64,000 nucleotides of DNA, taken from an uncultured delta proteobacterium. GTDB taxonomy: Bacteria > Desulfobacterota > Binatia > UBA9968. Below are positions 33,508 through 42,852 of this stretch, one piece after another. The DNA lies in NCBI GenBank assembly GCA_963760795.1, contig CAVXEP010000029.1, positions 1 to 64,000 of the forward strand. The letters are read 5' to 3'. Every line of letters starts with the position of its first letter. The stretch's first letter is position 1. The notes under the pieces are model-generated. The model was not told where the DNA came from and did not search any database. It saw nothing but the letters and a program-made list of their open reading frames with translations. The translations under genes and the position numbers were made by a program.

Positions 33508-33629
33508 GATTTTTAAATCCTAACGCCCGCGGCGCGAACCGACGGCAAAGCTGCGTTAGGAGATTTGGCGGGAGATCAAGCGGACATGAGCCGTCTTACC
33601 TTGGTCCTGTTCTCCGAGTCGAGATTGGC

Positions 33630-34610
33630 TTACTTTGCGCGAATCGCATCAGGAATCTGAATACCCGCGGCGCGCCAGTGATCCTCGGCGCCTTTGTGCA
33701 GAGGAATCGTGACGCCTTGCAGGGCCCGTTGCGTGACCATGTCCTTCGATCCAGCATGGACCTTCATCATATGGGCGTTGCCTTCCTTGCTATAGGCCGC
33801 TGCGACCATTCTCTGCAATAGGGCAGGCGATAGGTCCTTATTGACGTACCAAATCACCGGAACGCCGATGCTTGAAGTATCCTCGCTAATGCCACGGTAG
33901 GAATTGGCGGCGAAGACATAGCGGGCGAAATAAGGAAACTGTTTATAGAAGTCAGTCTTTGAGACAGGCGTATGGACGTCGATGGCGCGCACGGGTTTTT
34001 TCGTGGCGGCTTCCGTAGTCACTCGGTCGGGCTCAGGGCCGGTCCAGAAAAACGCATCCGCTTTGCCCTCGCTCATCGCGTCACCCGCGGCCGCGCCGAG
34101 CAGAGGAATCCGGTTGATCTTGTCCCACATACCGACCGCGCGAAAGATCCGCTCCGCCGTGGCAAAGGTTCCCGAACCAGGATTGCCAACCGCGACACGT
34201 TTGCCGGCGAGATCGTCAATGTTGCGGATGCCGCTATCAGTGTAAGTCATCAAATGGGCGACCCCGAAGAAAACAACACCGACGGAGCGAAGATCGGTTA
34301 ACGGTTTGCCGGCAAACTTTTCCAAGCCGAAAAAAGCTTCATGGGTGTCCGAAGAGAAAGAGACTGCCATCTCCGCTTCCTTGGAGTTGATCCGGCGCAC
34401 GTTTTCCACAGAGCCGCCGGTGGCCGCGACGGAAACGTCGAGGTTAGGGACGTTTTTTGATAGGAATGTGCCGATGCCGGTGGCGAAAATGCCGAAAACT
34501 CCCGCCGGCGGCCCCCCCGCCATGGTCATCCGCTCGACGTTCTGCGACTGCGCAACGGACAGACTCAAGCAAAGCAAGATAGCTGTCACAAACAACCCAA
34601 GCCTTTTCAT
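33630..34610 (-). CDS. TAXI family TRAP solute-binding protein
   Basis: Signal peptide, TGGSVEN, GKRVAVGNPGSG, IPLHKGA. Confidence 0.92.
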   Translation of the reverse strand: MKRLGLFVTAILLCLSLSVAQSQNVERMTMAGGPPAGVFGIFATGIGTFLSKNVPNLDVSVAATGGSVENVRRINSKEAEMAVSFSSDTHEAFFGLEKFAGKPLTDLRSVGVVFFGVAHLMTYTDSGIRNIDDLAGKRVAVGNPGSGTFATAERIFRAVGMWDKINRIPLLGAAAGDAMSEGKADAFFWTGPEPDRVTTEAATKKPVRAIDVHTPVSKTDFYKQFPYFARYVFAANSYRGISEDTSSIGVPVIWYVNKDLSPALLQRMVAAAYSKEGNAHMMKVHAGSKDMVTQRALQGVTIPLHKGAEDHWRAAGIQIPDAIRAK

Positions 34611-34655
34611 AAGCTGCTCCTTTCGTACATGTTCAACTGGCCTGTGCGGTGTACA

Positions 34656-35864
34656 CTAAAATGGGCCGCTTTCCAAATGTTTTTTTACTTGCTGCAGAAA
34701 GCGCGCCGCGCTGGCGCCATCGACCACTCGATGGTCGGCCGACAGTGTCGCCGTCATCATGGATTTAATCTCGATGCCGTCGCCGTCCGTGACCACGCGC
34801 GGCGCGACCCGGCCGACGGCTAGGATCGCGCACTGCGGCGGATTGATGATCGCGATGAAGCTATCGACGCCCAGCATGCCGAGGTTCGACACGGTGAACG
34901 TGCCGCCTTCGTAGTCGAGCGGAAAGAGCTTTTTATTTTGCGCCTTATCGGCCAGCGAGCGGCTCTGCTTGGCCAATTCAAGCAAATTCAGCTGGTCCGC
35001 GTTGCGAATCACCGGCACGACCAGGCCTTCATCGAGCGCAACAGCGACTCCGACGTTGATGTCAGCGTGCTGCAGAATTCCTTGCTCGGTGAAGCTTGAA
35101 TTCACCTGCGGAAATTCTTTAAGCGCGCACGCCGAGGCTTGGAGAATAAAGTCATTGATCGATGGCATCGGCTCGTCGCCACGTTCCTTCCATCCGTTTC
35201 TAAGCTTGCTCACCGCTGTCATGTCGATGTCCATGCTGATGTAAAAATGCGGCGCCGTTTGTTTACTCTGCGTCATGCGCTGGCCGACGATGCGGCGCAT
35301 GGGGGTGAGCGGTAATAAGCCGCGCGCTGTTGAAGTCGCGGGCCGCGCAAGGTTTCCGTTGGCGGCCCGCTGCACATCGGCGGCTAGAACGCTTCCTTCC
35401 GGGCCGCTGCCAGTGAGAGTTGCCAGGTCGATGGCGCTTTCTTTGGCGAGTCGTTTTGCTTTTGGTGACGCGAGAATTCGTCCGCCGGTTGGCACCGTAG
35501 AAAAGGCCGGCATCGTTGTGGTTTTTGAGGTCGTCGCGCGGCCCTCACCCCTGCCCTCTCCCTGGGGGAGAGGGGGTAAGAGTGGAGCAGACGCGGGCGT
35601 GTCTTGCTTTGTCGGCAGCGCTTCGCCCGGCGCCAAGATCAGCGCGATCGTCTGACCCACTGGCACTTCATCACCGGCTTTCGCCGTCACGCGAGAGAGA
35701 ATACCGGAAGCCGCTGCTTCGATCTCCACCGTCGATTTGTCGGTTTCGATTTCCATCAGCGGCTCGCCTTTGGTCACGGCTTGACCTTCGGCTTTGAGCC
35801 ACTTGAGCAGTGTTCCCGTTTGCTGCGCCACTCCGAGGGCGGGCATGATCACGTTGGTTGGCAT
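34656..35864 (-). CDS. Dihydrolipoamide acyltransferase (E2)
   Basis: Lipoyl ETDKS, PSBD ASPKAKRLA..GSGPEG, catalytic DHRVVDG. Confidence 0.95.
   Translation of the reverse strand: MPTNVIMPALGVAQQTGTLLKWLKAEGQAVTKGEPLMEIETDKSTVEIEAAASGILSRVTAKAGDEVPVGQTIALILAPGEALPTKQDTPASAPLLPPLPQGEGRGEGRATTSKTTTMPAFSTVPTGGRILASPKAKRLAKESAIDLATLTGSGPEGSVLAADVQRAANGNLARPATSTARGLLPLTPMRRIVGQRMTQSKQTAPHFYISMDIDMTAVSKLRNGWKERGDEPMPSINDFILQASACALKEFPQVNSSFTEQGILQHADINVGVAVALDEGLVVPVIRNADQLNLLELAKQSRSLADKAQNKKLFPLDYEGGTFTVSNLGMLGVDSFIAIINPPQCAILAVGRVAPRVVTDGDGIEIKSMMTATLSADHRVVDGASAARFLQQVKKHLESGPF
35542..35576. repeat. Palindromic repeat located in-frame in E2 linker
   Basis: CCCTCACCCCTG-CCCTCTCCC-TGG-GGGAGAGGG; encodes PLPQGEGRGEG. 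Confidence 0.75.
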
Positions 35865-35912
35865 CGATGGTTGCTTATCACGGGAGGTTGTTAGGCGGTA
35901 GACCCGATATTT

Positions 35913-35940
35913 GTAATGGCGACCGGCCGGTCGCCCCTAC
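35913..35940. repeat. GTAG-type REP
   Basis: Minus strand GTAGGGGCGACCGGCCGGTCGCCATTAC. Confidence 0.8.
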
Positions 35941-35975
35941 CTGTTGCCTATTATTGCCTAATGCCCGTCGCCTTC
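35941..35975. repeat. TTGCCTA 7-mer repeat, second copy at 40790-40814
   Basis: CTGTTGCCTATTATTGCCTAATGCCCGTCGCCTTC versus CTGTTGCCTAATGCCCATTGCCTTC. Confidence 0.7.
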
Positions 35976-35978
35976 TTG

Positions 35979-36446
35979 TCATTTAATCGCCTTACTCGCC
36001 CGGAACAGCACCGACTGTGGAATGTTCAAACCGATCTTCTTGGCGGTCTGAAGACTGATCACGAAGTCAAACTTCATCGGCTGTTCGACGGGTAGATCGG
36101 CAGGCTTAGTGCCTTTCATAGTCTTGTCCACGAAGACTGCAGCACGGCGCCACATATCCAAACTGTTGGGTCCATAGGACATTAGGCCACCAGCCTCCGG
36201 AAATCGCGCATCGCCGTATATCATTGGAAGGCGGTTCTTTAGCGCGAGTTCTGCGATTCGTCCTTGCAGTAAAGTGAACGTTGGGTTGGTGAGCCCCGTG
36301 ATAGCGCCTACACGCCTGTTGGTGATTGATATAAAAACCTTCTCTAAATCGTCTCGACCTCGCGTTTCCAGCTCTTGAAGCTGCAGACCTAGCACCTGTG
36401 CTGCAAGTTTAACTTCTTTCATTTGCACGACGTACCCTGGATGGGG
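35979..36446 (-). pseudogene. C-terminal half of ABC_sub_bind-type substrate-binding protein (5'-truncated)
   Basis: GGLMSYGP, RAAVFVDK, KPADLPVEQP.KF...LQTAKKIG; no signal peptide, in-frame TGA about 16 codons upstream of GTG 36428. Confidence 0.8.
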
Positions 36447-36495
36447 TAATCTCGAAATTCATCTTCGTCCACTCATCCGCGGCGGCAAGTTTTTT

Positions 36496-37058
36496 TTAAA
36501 TCCCTCCATATTTTGGGGCTCTTTCGCTAACGATGAAACCAATCTTTCGTTTCGTCGGCTCCGGTGGTTTCATAAGCTGCCGGATCGCGTCAAAGACTAC
36601 CTTAAACTGAGCATCGTACTTTTTCTCCAAAGCTTCGACCTTCCGCGCTAATTCAGCATTGGTCGCGAGCAGCTGGCGCAAACGAACGAAGGTCCGCATG
36701 ATTTCAATGTTGACCTCGACTGCGCGCTTGCTGCGGAGAACGCTCGAAAGCATGGCGACGCCTTTTCCGTAAAGGCATAGGGCGGATGGCGCCGGCCACC
36801 CCAATCCGAACTTGATATCGCAAATTGCGATTTCAAGTTTAGGTTATTAGCCTGCGCCTTCAAATTGTGGAATTCCGCCTCGCTCAGCTGGAACATAAAA
36901 TCACCGGGAAAACGATGACGGTTGCGCTTGACCGCTTCATTCAGTCTCCCGACGCTTACTGCGTAAAGTAGAGCGAGATCGGCATCAAGCAGCACTCTAT
37001 GACCACGAATGAGAAGTATAGCTTGCTCAATTCTCTCTGCTGAAACTTGTTTGGTCAT
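36496..37058 (-). CDS. ORF6N-domain DNA-binding protein, -1 frameshift at about 36765
   Basis: [39 protein letters not shown] / [27 protein letters not shown]. Confidence 0.9.
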
Positions 37059-37076
37059 CGATTACCTGTTCTCTGT

Positions 37077-38393
37077 CTAACCCTTCACCCGCTCCAGCGC
37101 TCCCGGATTGTTCAGATTCGATTGCGCTTCGCGGGTGGTCGGCAGCTCCCCGCCGGTGGTGAAATAATGCGTGCCGGCGACCAGCAATTTTTCCGAGGGG
37201 AAGCGGGTGATGATTTCGCAACCATCTTTCGTCACGACAACTTCTTCTTCGAGACGCGCGGCGGACCAGCCGTCGGCGGCGGGCCAGTAGGTTTCCAGCG
37301 CGAAGACCATGCCTTCTTCGATCACTTCGGGATGATCGAGAGAAACCAAGCGGCTGAAGATCGGTTTCTCCCAGATCGACAAACCGACGCCGTGGCCATA
37401 TTGTAATGCGAAGGCGGCTTCTTCGTTGGCGAAACCGAACTCTTGCGCCTTCGGCCACAGCTTGACCACATCCGCCGTCGTGATACCCGGCTTGACGATG
37501 CTGATCGCGGCGTCCATGTAGTCGCGGCTCCGTTTGTAGGCGTCGACCATCGCCGGCGAGGCGCTGCCGATGGCGAACGTCCGGTAGTAGCAAGTGCGGT
37601 AGCCGTTGAAGCTGTGGAGAATGTCAAAGAACGCCGGATCGCCGGGACGGAGCACGCGGTCGGTATAGACATGCGGATGCGGACTGCAACGCTCGCCGGA
37701 AATCGCGTTGACGCCCTCGACATGTTCGGAGCCGAGATCGTAAAGCACTTTGCTGACCACGCCGACGCATTCGTTTTCTTTCACGCCAGGTTTCATGAAG
37801 CGATAGAGCTCATCGTAAGCGGCGTCGACCATCATGGTCGCGGTGTTGAGCAACGTGATTTCATCCTGGGTTTTGATTTTTCTGACTTCATGCATCAACT
37901 GCTGGCCGTCGACGACCTTGATGCCTTGGGCTTGGAGGGCGAACAGCACCGGCATCTCGATCACGTCGACGCCGACCGGCTCGTTCTGTAAGTTGCGCAT
38001 TTCTAATTCGAGTTTAATTTTTTTCGCGACATCTTCGGCCAATCCGGAGCCTGGATTGGTCGCGCCGCGCAGCGTGGAAATGCCGGCGCGCGAGCGCTCG
38101 CCCAACCAGGGGCAGTAAATCTGATGATGGCGCGCCGCCGAACCGAAGTCCCAGAGAATAGGTTCGTCATCCTGCGGCAATAACGAGAAGCGCACCAGCT
38201 TGTCCATCGCCCAGGTGCCGATATGGGTCGCGGTAATGTAGCGGATGTTGTTCATGTCGAAGCAGAGCAGCGCGCCCAACTCCGATTTCTTCAGCGCGCT
38301 CTTAACCCGGGCCAAACGATCCTGGCGCAGCCGCTCGATGTTAACGCGCTCTTCCCAATCGACAGCCATCAGGCCGAAGGTTTTTAAGCCCAT
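37077..38393 (-). CDS. M24 (Xaa-Pro peptidase/creatinase) family protein
   Basis: N-terminal NIRYIT, RKIKT.DEI, GHGVGL, FALE, RLEEEVVVT; GGAGG before ATG 38393. Confidence 0.88.
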   Translation of the reverse strand: MGLKTFGLMAVDWEERVNIERLRQDRLARVKSALKKSELGALLCFDMNNIRYITATHIGTWAMDKLVRFSLLPQDDEPILWDFGSAARHHQIYCPWLGERSRAGISTLRGATNPGSGLAEDVAKKIKLELEMRNLQNEPVGVDVIEMPVLFALQAQGIKVVDGQQLMHEVRKIKTQDEITLLNTATMMVDAAYDELYRFMKPGVKENECVGVVSKVLYDLGSEHVEGVNAISGERCSPHPHVYTDRVLRPGDPAFFDILHSFNGYRTCYYRTFAIGSASPAMVDAYKRSRDYMDAAISIVKPGITTADVVKLWPKAQEFGFANEEAAFALQYGHGVGLSIWEKPIFSRLVSLDHPEVIEEGMVFALETYWPAADGWSAARLEEEVVVTKDGCEIITRFPSEKLLVAGTHYFTTGGELPTTREAQSNLNNPGALERVKG

Positions 38394-38413
38394 TGCCAAC
38401 CTCCAAAATCTAG

Positions 38414-38522
38414 CGTTCCAACAAAATCTACGGTTCCAATCGTTCCAGCCGTTCCAAGGGTTCCAATTGTTAATCCCTCTTCAACGATTGGAACAACTGG
38501 AACGTTTGGAACTGTTGAAACC
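38414..38522. repeat. Short-period palindromic element (9-nt period, GTTCCA / TGGAAC)
   Basis: GTTCCA at 38433, 38442, 38451, 38460; TGGAAC at 38489, 38498, 38507. Confidence 0.85.
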
Positions 38523-38566
38523 GTTGCGATGTGACTATTGCTGTCGCTCATCCTAGAACTCGGTCA

Positions 38567-39586
38567 CTATTTGTCGCACAATATTCGCGCCAATTTCGCA
38601 ACGTTTTCCGGCGTCGGCACCGTCTGATCTTCGAGCACCGGCGAGAACGGTACCGGCACATCCATGGCGCCCATCCGTTTCACCGGCGCATCGAGATAAT
38701 AAAATGCGCCGTCGGCGATCACCGAAGCGATCTCGGCGGTGACGCCGTATCGCTCGTAGCCTTCATCGATGACGATGGCGCGGCTGGTTTTTTTTGCGGA
38801 CTCAATGATTGTCTGCTTGTCCAGCGGCGCGGTGGTTCGAACATCGACGACTTCGGCGCTGACCTCATACTGTGCTAATAATTCCGCCGCTGCCAGCGCG
38901 ACCTGAACCATGCTGCTGGTGGCGACCAGCGTGATGTCGCTGCCGGCGCGCTTCACGTCGGCGACGCCGAGCGGAATTGTGTATTCTTCCGTCGGTACAG
39001 AACCTTTGAGCTGGTACATCAGCTTGTCTTCGAAAAAAGCCACCGGGTTATCGTCGCGGATCGCCGATTTGAGCAATCCTTTAGCGTCGTACGGCGTTGA
39101 CGGCACGACAACTTTCAAGCCGGGAATGTGACTCAACCAGGCGTGCAAGCTCTGGCTATGCTGTGCCGCCGAGCGGCGCGTGGCGCCAAGCGTTGTGCGT
39201 AAGACCATGGGAACTTTTAGCCTACCACCGGACATGTAGTGAATCTTCGCCGCCTGATTGACCATCTGGTCCATTGTCAACGTTATGAAGTCGCCGAACA
39301 TGATGTCGACCACCGGGCGCATGCCAGTCATCGCCGCGCCGACCCCGATGCCGGCGATGCCGGCTTCCGAAATCGGCGAATCGATCACGCGCTCGGTGCC
39401 AAACTCTTTTACCAACCCCGACAAAACTTTGAACGGCGTGCCCGCCTCGGCGACATCTTCGCCGATGATGAATACCGTCGGATCGCGCCGCATCTCTTCG
39501 GCGAGCGCTTCGTTGATTGCCTGGGCAAAGGTGATTTCGCGCAAGCCGGTTTCGACTGTCGGTGTTTTTTGAGGCGGTGATTTCAT
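38567..39586 (-). CDS. TPP-dependent dehydrogenase E1 beta (acetoin/pyruvate DH-like)
   Basis: IGEDV, DSPISE, VNQAAK, AAQHSQ, PGLKVV. Confidence 0.95.
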   Translation of the reverse strand: MKSPPQKTPTVETGLREITFAQAINEALAEEMRRDPTVFIIGEDVAEAGTPFKVLSGLVKEFGTERVIDSPISEAGIAGIGVGAAMTGMRPVVDIMFGDFITLTMDQMVNQAAKIHYMSGGRLKVPMVLRTTLGATRRSAAQHSQSLHAWLSHIPGLKVVVPSTPYDAKGLLKSAIRDDNPVAFFEDKLMYQLKGSVPTEEYTIPLGVADVKRAGSDITLVATSSMVQVALAAAELLAQYEVSAEVVDVRTTAPLDKQTIIESAKKTSRAIVIDEGYERYGVTAEIASVIADGAFYYLDAPVKRMGAMDVPVPFSPVLEDQTVPTPENVAKLARILCDK

Positions 39587-39676
39587 GCTGTATGGCTCTC
39601 AGCCGTTAGGTCATCCAGGAAATACGCAAGTTTCGATTACTTGCTACCAATCGAAAAGCGGACCCGCGGACCAAAA

Positions 39677-40739
39677 TCATTTGACCACTCTCTCCGCCCG
39701 CATCAGCACCACCGGTGGAATCGTCAAGCCGAGAGCTTTGGCTGTCTTGAGGTTGATCATCAGTTCGTATTTGACCGGCTGCTGCACGGGTAGGTCAGCG
39801 GGATTCGTTCCCTTGAGAATTTTGTCCACGTAGACGGCAGCACGCCGGTATATGTCAGTAGAGTCCGGTCCATAAGACATGAGACCACCGACGTGAATCC
39901 AATCGGTGTCCGGGTATATTGCCGGCAGCCGGCGCTTCGCGGCGAGTTCTACGATCCGTTTTGGATTACTTTGGATGGGAGACTGCTGCGCAACGACTAG
40001 AGCGCCGGCTTGCGCCTTGGTCGCCGCCTCGAATGCACTATCGATATCGTTGGGACTTCGCACTTCGAGAGATTGAACCAGCACGCCGAGGTCTTGTCCT
40101 GCGGTCGGATCTCTTTTAAGACCACGTCTGGGATGGATTATTGCTCGGATTCAAGAGGACGCCCACACGGGTAAGTCTGGGAATTGTCTCCTTGAGAATC
40201 TCCAATCGTTTTCCGTACAACCCCGGCGCGCCGGTACTGAACCCGGTGATGTTGCCTCCAGGCTGTGCGAGACTAGCCACCAACCCACTGGCAACCGGGT
40301 CGACGTCGCCAACGGATATGATTGGAATCACGCTAGTCGCTTTCTTGGCCGCGCGTCCTGCCGGGCCTCCCGCGGCGAAGATGATATCAACTTTGAGCCG
40401 AACCAGTTCAGCTGCGAGGCCGGAAAGCCGTTCAACGTTTCCCTCCGCCCAGCGGTATTCAATATTGATGTTCTGCCCCTCAACATAGCTCAATTTCCTA
40501 AGACCTTGCCGCAAGGCTTCGGCGTTGAGCGATGCGCGACCACCAGTGCCGACGCCTAGAAAACCCATCCGGGATACTTTCCCCGGCTGCTGCGCCTCGG
40601 CCACAGCCCCACAAGCCGCCAGCGCGAAAGCAATTATAGAAAGCCCCACCCATTTTCGTCTGCGGGGCCGCTTTTGGATTTTGGATTTTCGATTGTCGGA
40701 TTGAAACCACCGAATTGCAGTCGGAAATTTCTTTGTCAT
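39677..40739 (-). pseudogene. ABC_sub_bind-type substrate-binding protein, disrupted at about 40095-40125
   Basis: YVEGQNI.IEYRWAEG, AELVRLKVDII, DPVASGLVASLAQPGGNITG; then GGLMSYGP, PADLPVQQP, INLKTAKALG in another frame; several indels at the junction. Confidence 0.85.
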
Positions 40740-40783
40740 GTCCTAGTCCGCCAATCCAAAATCCAAAATCGCAAATCCAAAAT
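40672..40783. repeat. Short-period palindromic element (7-nt period, TTTTGGA / TCCAAAA) enclosing the SBP start codon
   Basis: TTTTGGATTTTGGATTTTCGATTG ... CAATCCAAAATCCAAAATCGCAAATCCAAAAT. Confidence 0.85.
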
Positions 40784-40819
40784 TTCTTACTGTTGCCTAA
40801 TGCCCATTGCCTTCAAGTC

Positions 40820-41827
40820 TCAAGCATATACATGCTGATCGACTTCACCCGGTTCCGGGTACGGCGTATTGAGGGCGAAGTTTACGGCGTCTTTGATTTC
40901 CGCCGAGACTTCGTTTTCGATTCGTTGGCATAACTTGCCGTCCGCCAGTTTATTCTTCTCAAGCCAAGCGGCGAGCAGCTTCACTGGGTCGCGCTTCGAT
41001 TTCCACTCTTGCTCTTCGGCTTTGGTTCGATAGTAGGCGCGGTCGATGTCGCCGACGTGATGGCCGTGGAAGCGGTAGGTGAGACATTCCAAAAAGGCCG
41101 GCCCGTCGCCGCGGCGCGCGCGCTCGACTAATTTTTGCGCGGTGGCGTGGAGCGCGCGCACGTCCTGGCCGTCCAGCGATTCAACGTGAATGCCGAATGC
41201 TTTAGCGCGTCCGGTCACTTCGCCAGCGGTGGTTTCGCGATAATGGGTGTACTCGTTGTACTGATTGTTCTCGCACACGTAGAGCACCGGCAGCTTCCAG
41301 AGCGACGCCATGTTCATCGTTTCATAAAGCAGCCCTTGCCCCAGAGCGCCGTCGCCGAAGAAACAGACCGCAACTTGATCGCTCTTGCGCATCTTGATCG
41401 ACATCGCCGCGCCGGTGGCGATGCCGGCGCTGCCGCCGACGATCGCATTCGCTCCCAGATTGCCGGTGTCCTGGTCGGCGATATGCATCGATCCGCCTTT
41501 GCCGCGGCAGTAACCGGCCTCTTTGCCGAGCAACTCGGCGAACATTCTGTCCAGCGCTGCGCCTTTGGCGATGCAATGGCCGTGGCCGCGATGGGTGCTG
41601 GTGATGTAATCGTCTTGCCGCAACGCTTCGCAGACACCGACGGCCACCGCTTCTTCGCCGATGTAGAGATGGGCGAGCCCCGGCATCTTGGCGCCGAGAT
41701 AAAGTTGATTGACCTCTTCTTCGAAGAGACGAATCTTCAGCATCTGCCGGTAGAAGTGGAGCCAGCGCTCGTCGTGGGCGGGAGCGCGCGCTGGCGGGTG
41801 CATTTTGGTCTTCTTGGATTGTGCCAT
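40820..41827 (-). CDS. TPP-dependent dehydrogenase E1 alpha
   Basis: HLYIGEEA, STHRGHGH, GKGGSMH, TPP motif GDGA...ENN, TYRFHGH. Confidence 0.95.
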   Translation of the reverse strand: MAQSKKTKMHPPARAPAHDERWLHFYRQMLKIRLFEEEVNQLYLGAKMPGLAHLYIGEEAVAVGVCEALRQDDYITSTHRGHGHCIAKGAALDRMFAELLGKEAGYCRGKGGSMHIADQDTGNLGANAIVGGSAGIATGAAMSIKMRKSDQVAVCFFGDGALGQGLLYETMNMASLWKLPVLYVCENNQYNEYTHYRETTAGEVTGRAKAFGIHVESLDGQDVRALHATAQKLVERARRGDGPAFLECLTYRFHGHHVGDIDRAYYRTKAEEQEWKSKRDPVKLLAAWLEKNKLADGKLCQRIENEVSAEIKDAVNFALNTPYPEPGEVDQHVYA

Positions 41828-41846
41828 CGGAGCGTCACCGTGAAAA

Positions 41847-41932
41847 ATTGGAGTACTGGAGTGTTGGAGTAATGGAGTATTGGGTTTTCCGGAACCCATC
41901 ACTCCACCACTCCAGTACTCCATCACTCCAAT
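41847..41932. repeat. Short-period palindromic element (8-nt period, TGGAGT / ACTCCA)
   Basis: TGGAGT at 41849, 41857, 41865, 41873; ACTCCA at 41901, 41909, 41917, 41925. Confidence 0.9.
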
Positions 41933-41938
41933 CTGCCA

Positions 41939-42817
41939 TCACTTCATCCCCGCCATTTTCGCCAGCACTTCGAAGACGATGGCGAAGTCCTTTTCCGCCA
42001 ATCCCATACCGCGGGCGGCGGTGAGAAATTGATTGGTAATTGAGGTTGTCGGCAGCGGCACATCGAGTTGGCGGCCCATTTCCAAGGCGAGCAGCAAATC
42101 TTTTTGCATCATATTGACGTCGAACCAGGCTTCGTCCGGCATGTTCAACACGAACGGTCCACGATATTTCACCATCGGCGAGGCCATGACGCTATTGAGC
42201 ATTACTTCGACGGCGGTTTCGCGCGCGATGCCGCTCTTCTCGGCGAGCAGCACGCCTTCGCTGAAGGCAAGCATTTGCACGGCGAGACTTAAATTGGTCG
42301 CGATCTTCATCGACACGGCCAAACCGTTGGCGCCGACGTGGGTTGCCTTCGGGCCGATCGCTTGGAGCACCGGCAGTACTTTTTCAAAGGTCTCCCGCTG
42401 GCCGCCGACCATGAATGAAAGCTTGCCTTCTTCGAGAGTGATCGAGCTGCCGGAGACCGGCGCATCGAGCATCTGCGCGCCCTTGGCTTCAACTAGTTTA
42501 GCGGTGGCGCGGATCGCCGCCGGACTGACCGTACTCATGTCGACGTAAATCTTACCGGCGGTAAGCCCTGCCAAGATTCCGTCCGCGCCGGCCGTGACCG
42601 CGCGTAGCGCTTCGGTGTTGGCGACCATGGAGAAAACCATGTCGCTCGCTGCGGCGGCGCGACGCGGCGTGTCAGCCCAATTCATTCCCAGGTCAAGCAG
42701 CCACTGCGCCTTGGACTGGGTGCGGTTGTAACCCGTTACGCTGTGGCCGGCGTCGAGCAGCCGTTTCGCCATCCGGCTGCCCATCACTCCGAGACCGACG
42801 AAACCGAGACTCGCCAT
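41939..42817 (-). CDS. beta-hydroxyacid dehydrogenase family NAD(P)-dependent oxidoreductase
   Basis: GFVGLGVMG, YNRT, DMST, LDAPVSG, MK..N, MQKDL. Confidence 0.92.
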   Translation of the reverse strand: MASLGFVGLGVMGSRMAKRLLDAGHSVTGYNRTQSKAQWLLDLGMNWADTPRRAAAASDMVFSMVANTEALRAVTAGADGILAGLTAGKIYVDMSTVSPAAIRATAKLVEAKGAQMLDAPVSGSSITLEEGKLSFMVGGQRETFEKVLPVLQAIGPKATHVGANGLAVSMKIATNLSLAVQMLAFSEGVLLAEKSGIARETAVEVMLNSVMASPMVKYRGPFVLNMPDEAWFDVNMMQKDLLLALEMGRQLDVPLPTTSITNQFLTAARGMGLAEKDFAIVFEVLAKMAGMK

Positions 42818-42852
42818 CGACAACTCCAACAAAAAGTCTGAAACTATTTTCA

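Larger units (their letters stand above)
39649..40815 (-). mobile_element. Putative repeat-bracketed cassette carrying an ABC substrate-binding gene
   Basis: 29-bp inverted repeats (25/29) at 39649-39677 and 40652-40680; sits between E1 alpha and E1 beta; no transposase nearby. Confidence 0.45.

Noticed and set aside
36496-37058. Prophage suggested by ORF6N
   Set aside because: No integrase, structural or replication genes nearby
38414-41932. CRISPR arrays in the repeat tracts
   Set aside because: Units are 7-9 nt with 2-3-nt gaps, no ~30-nt spacers, no cas genes
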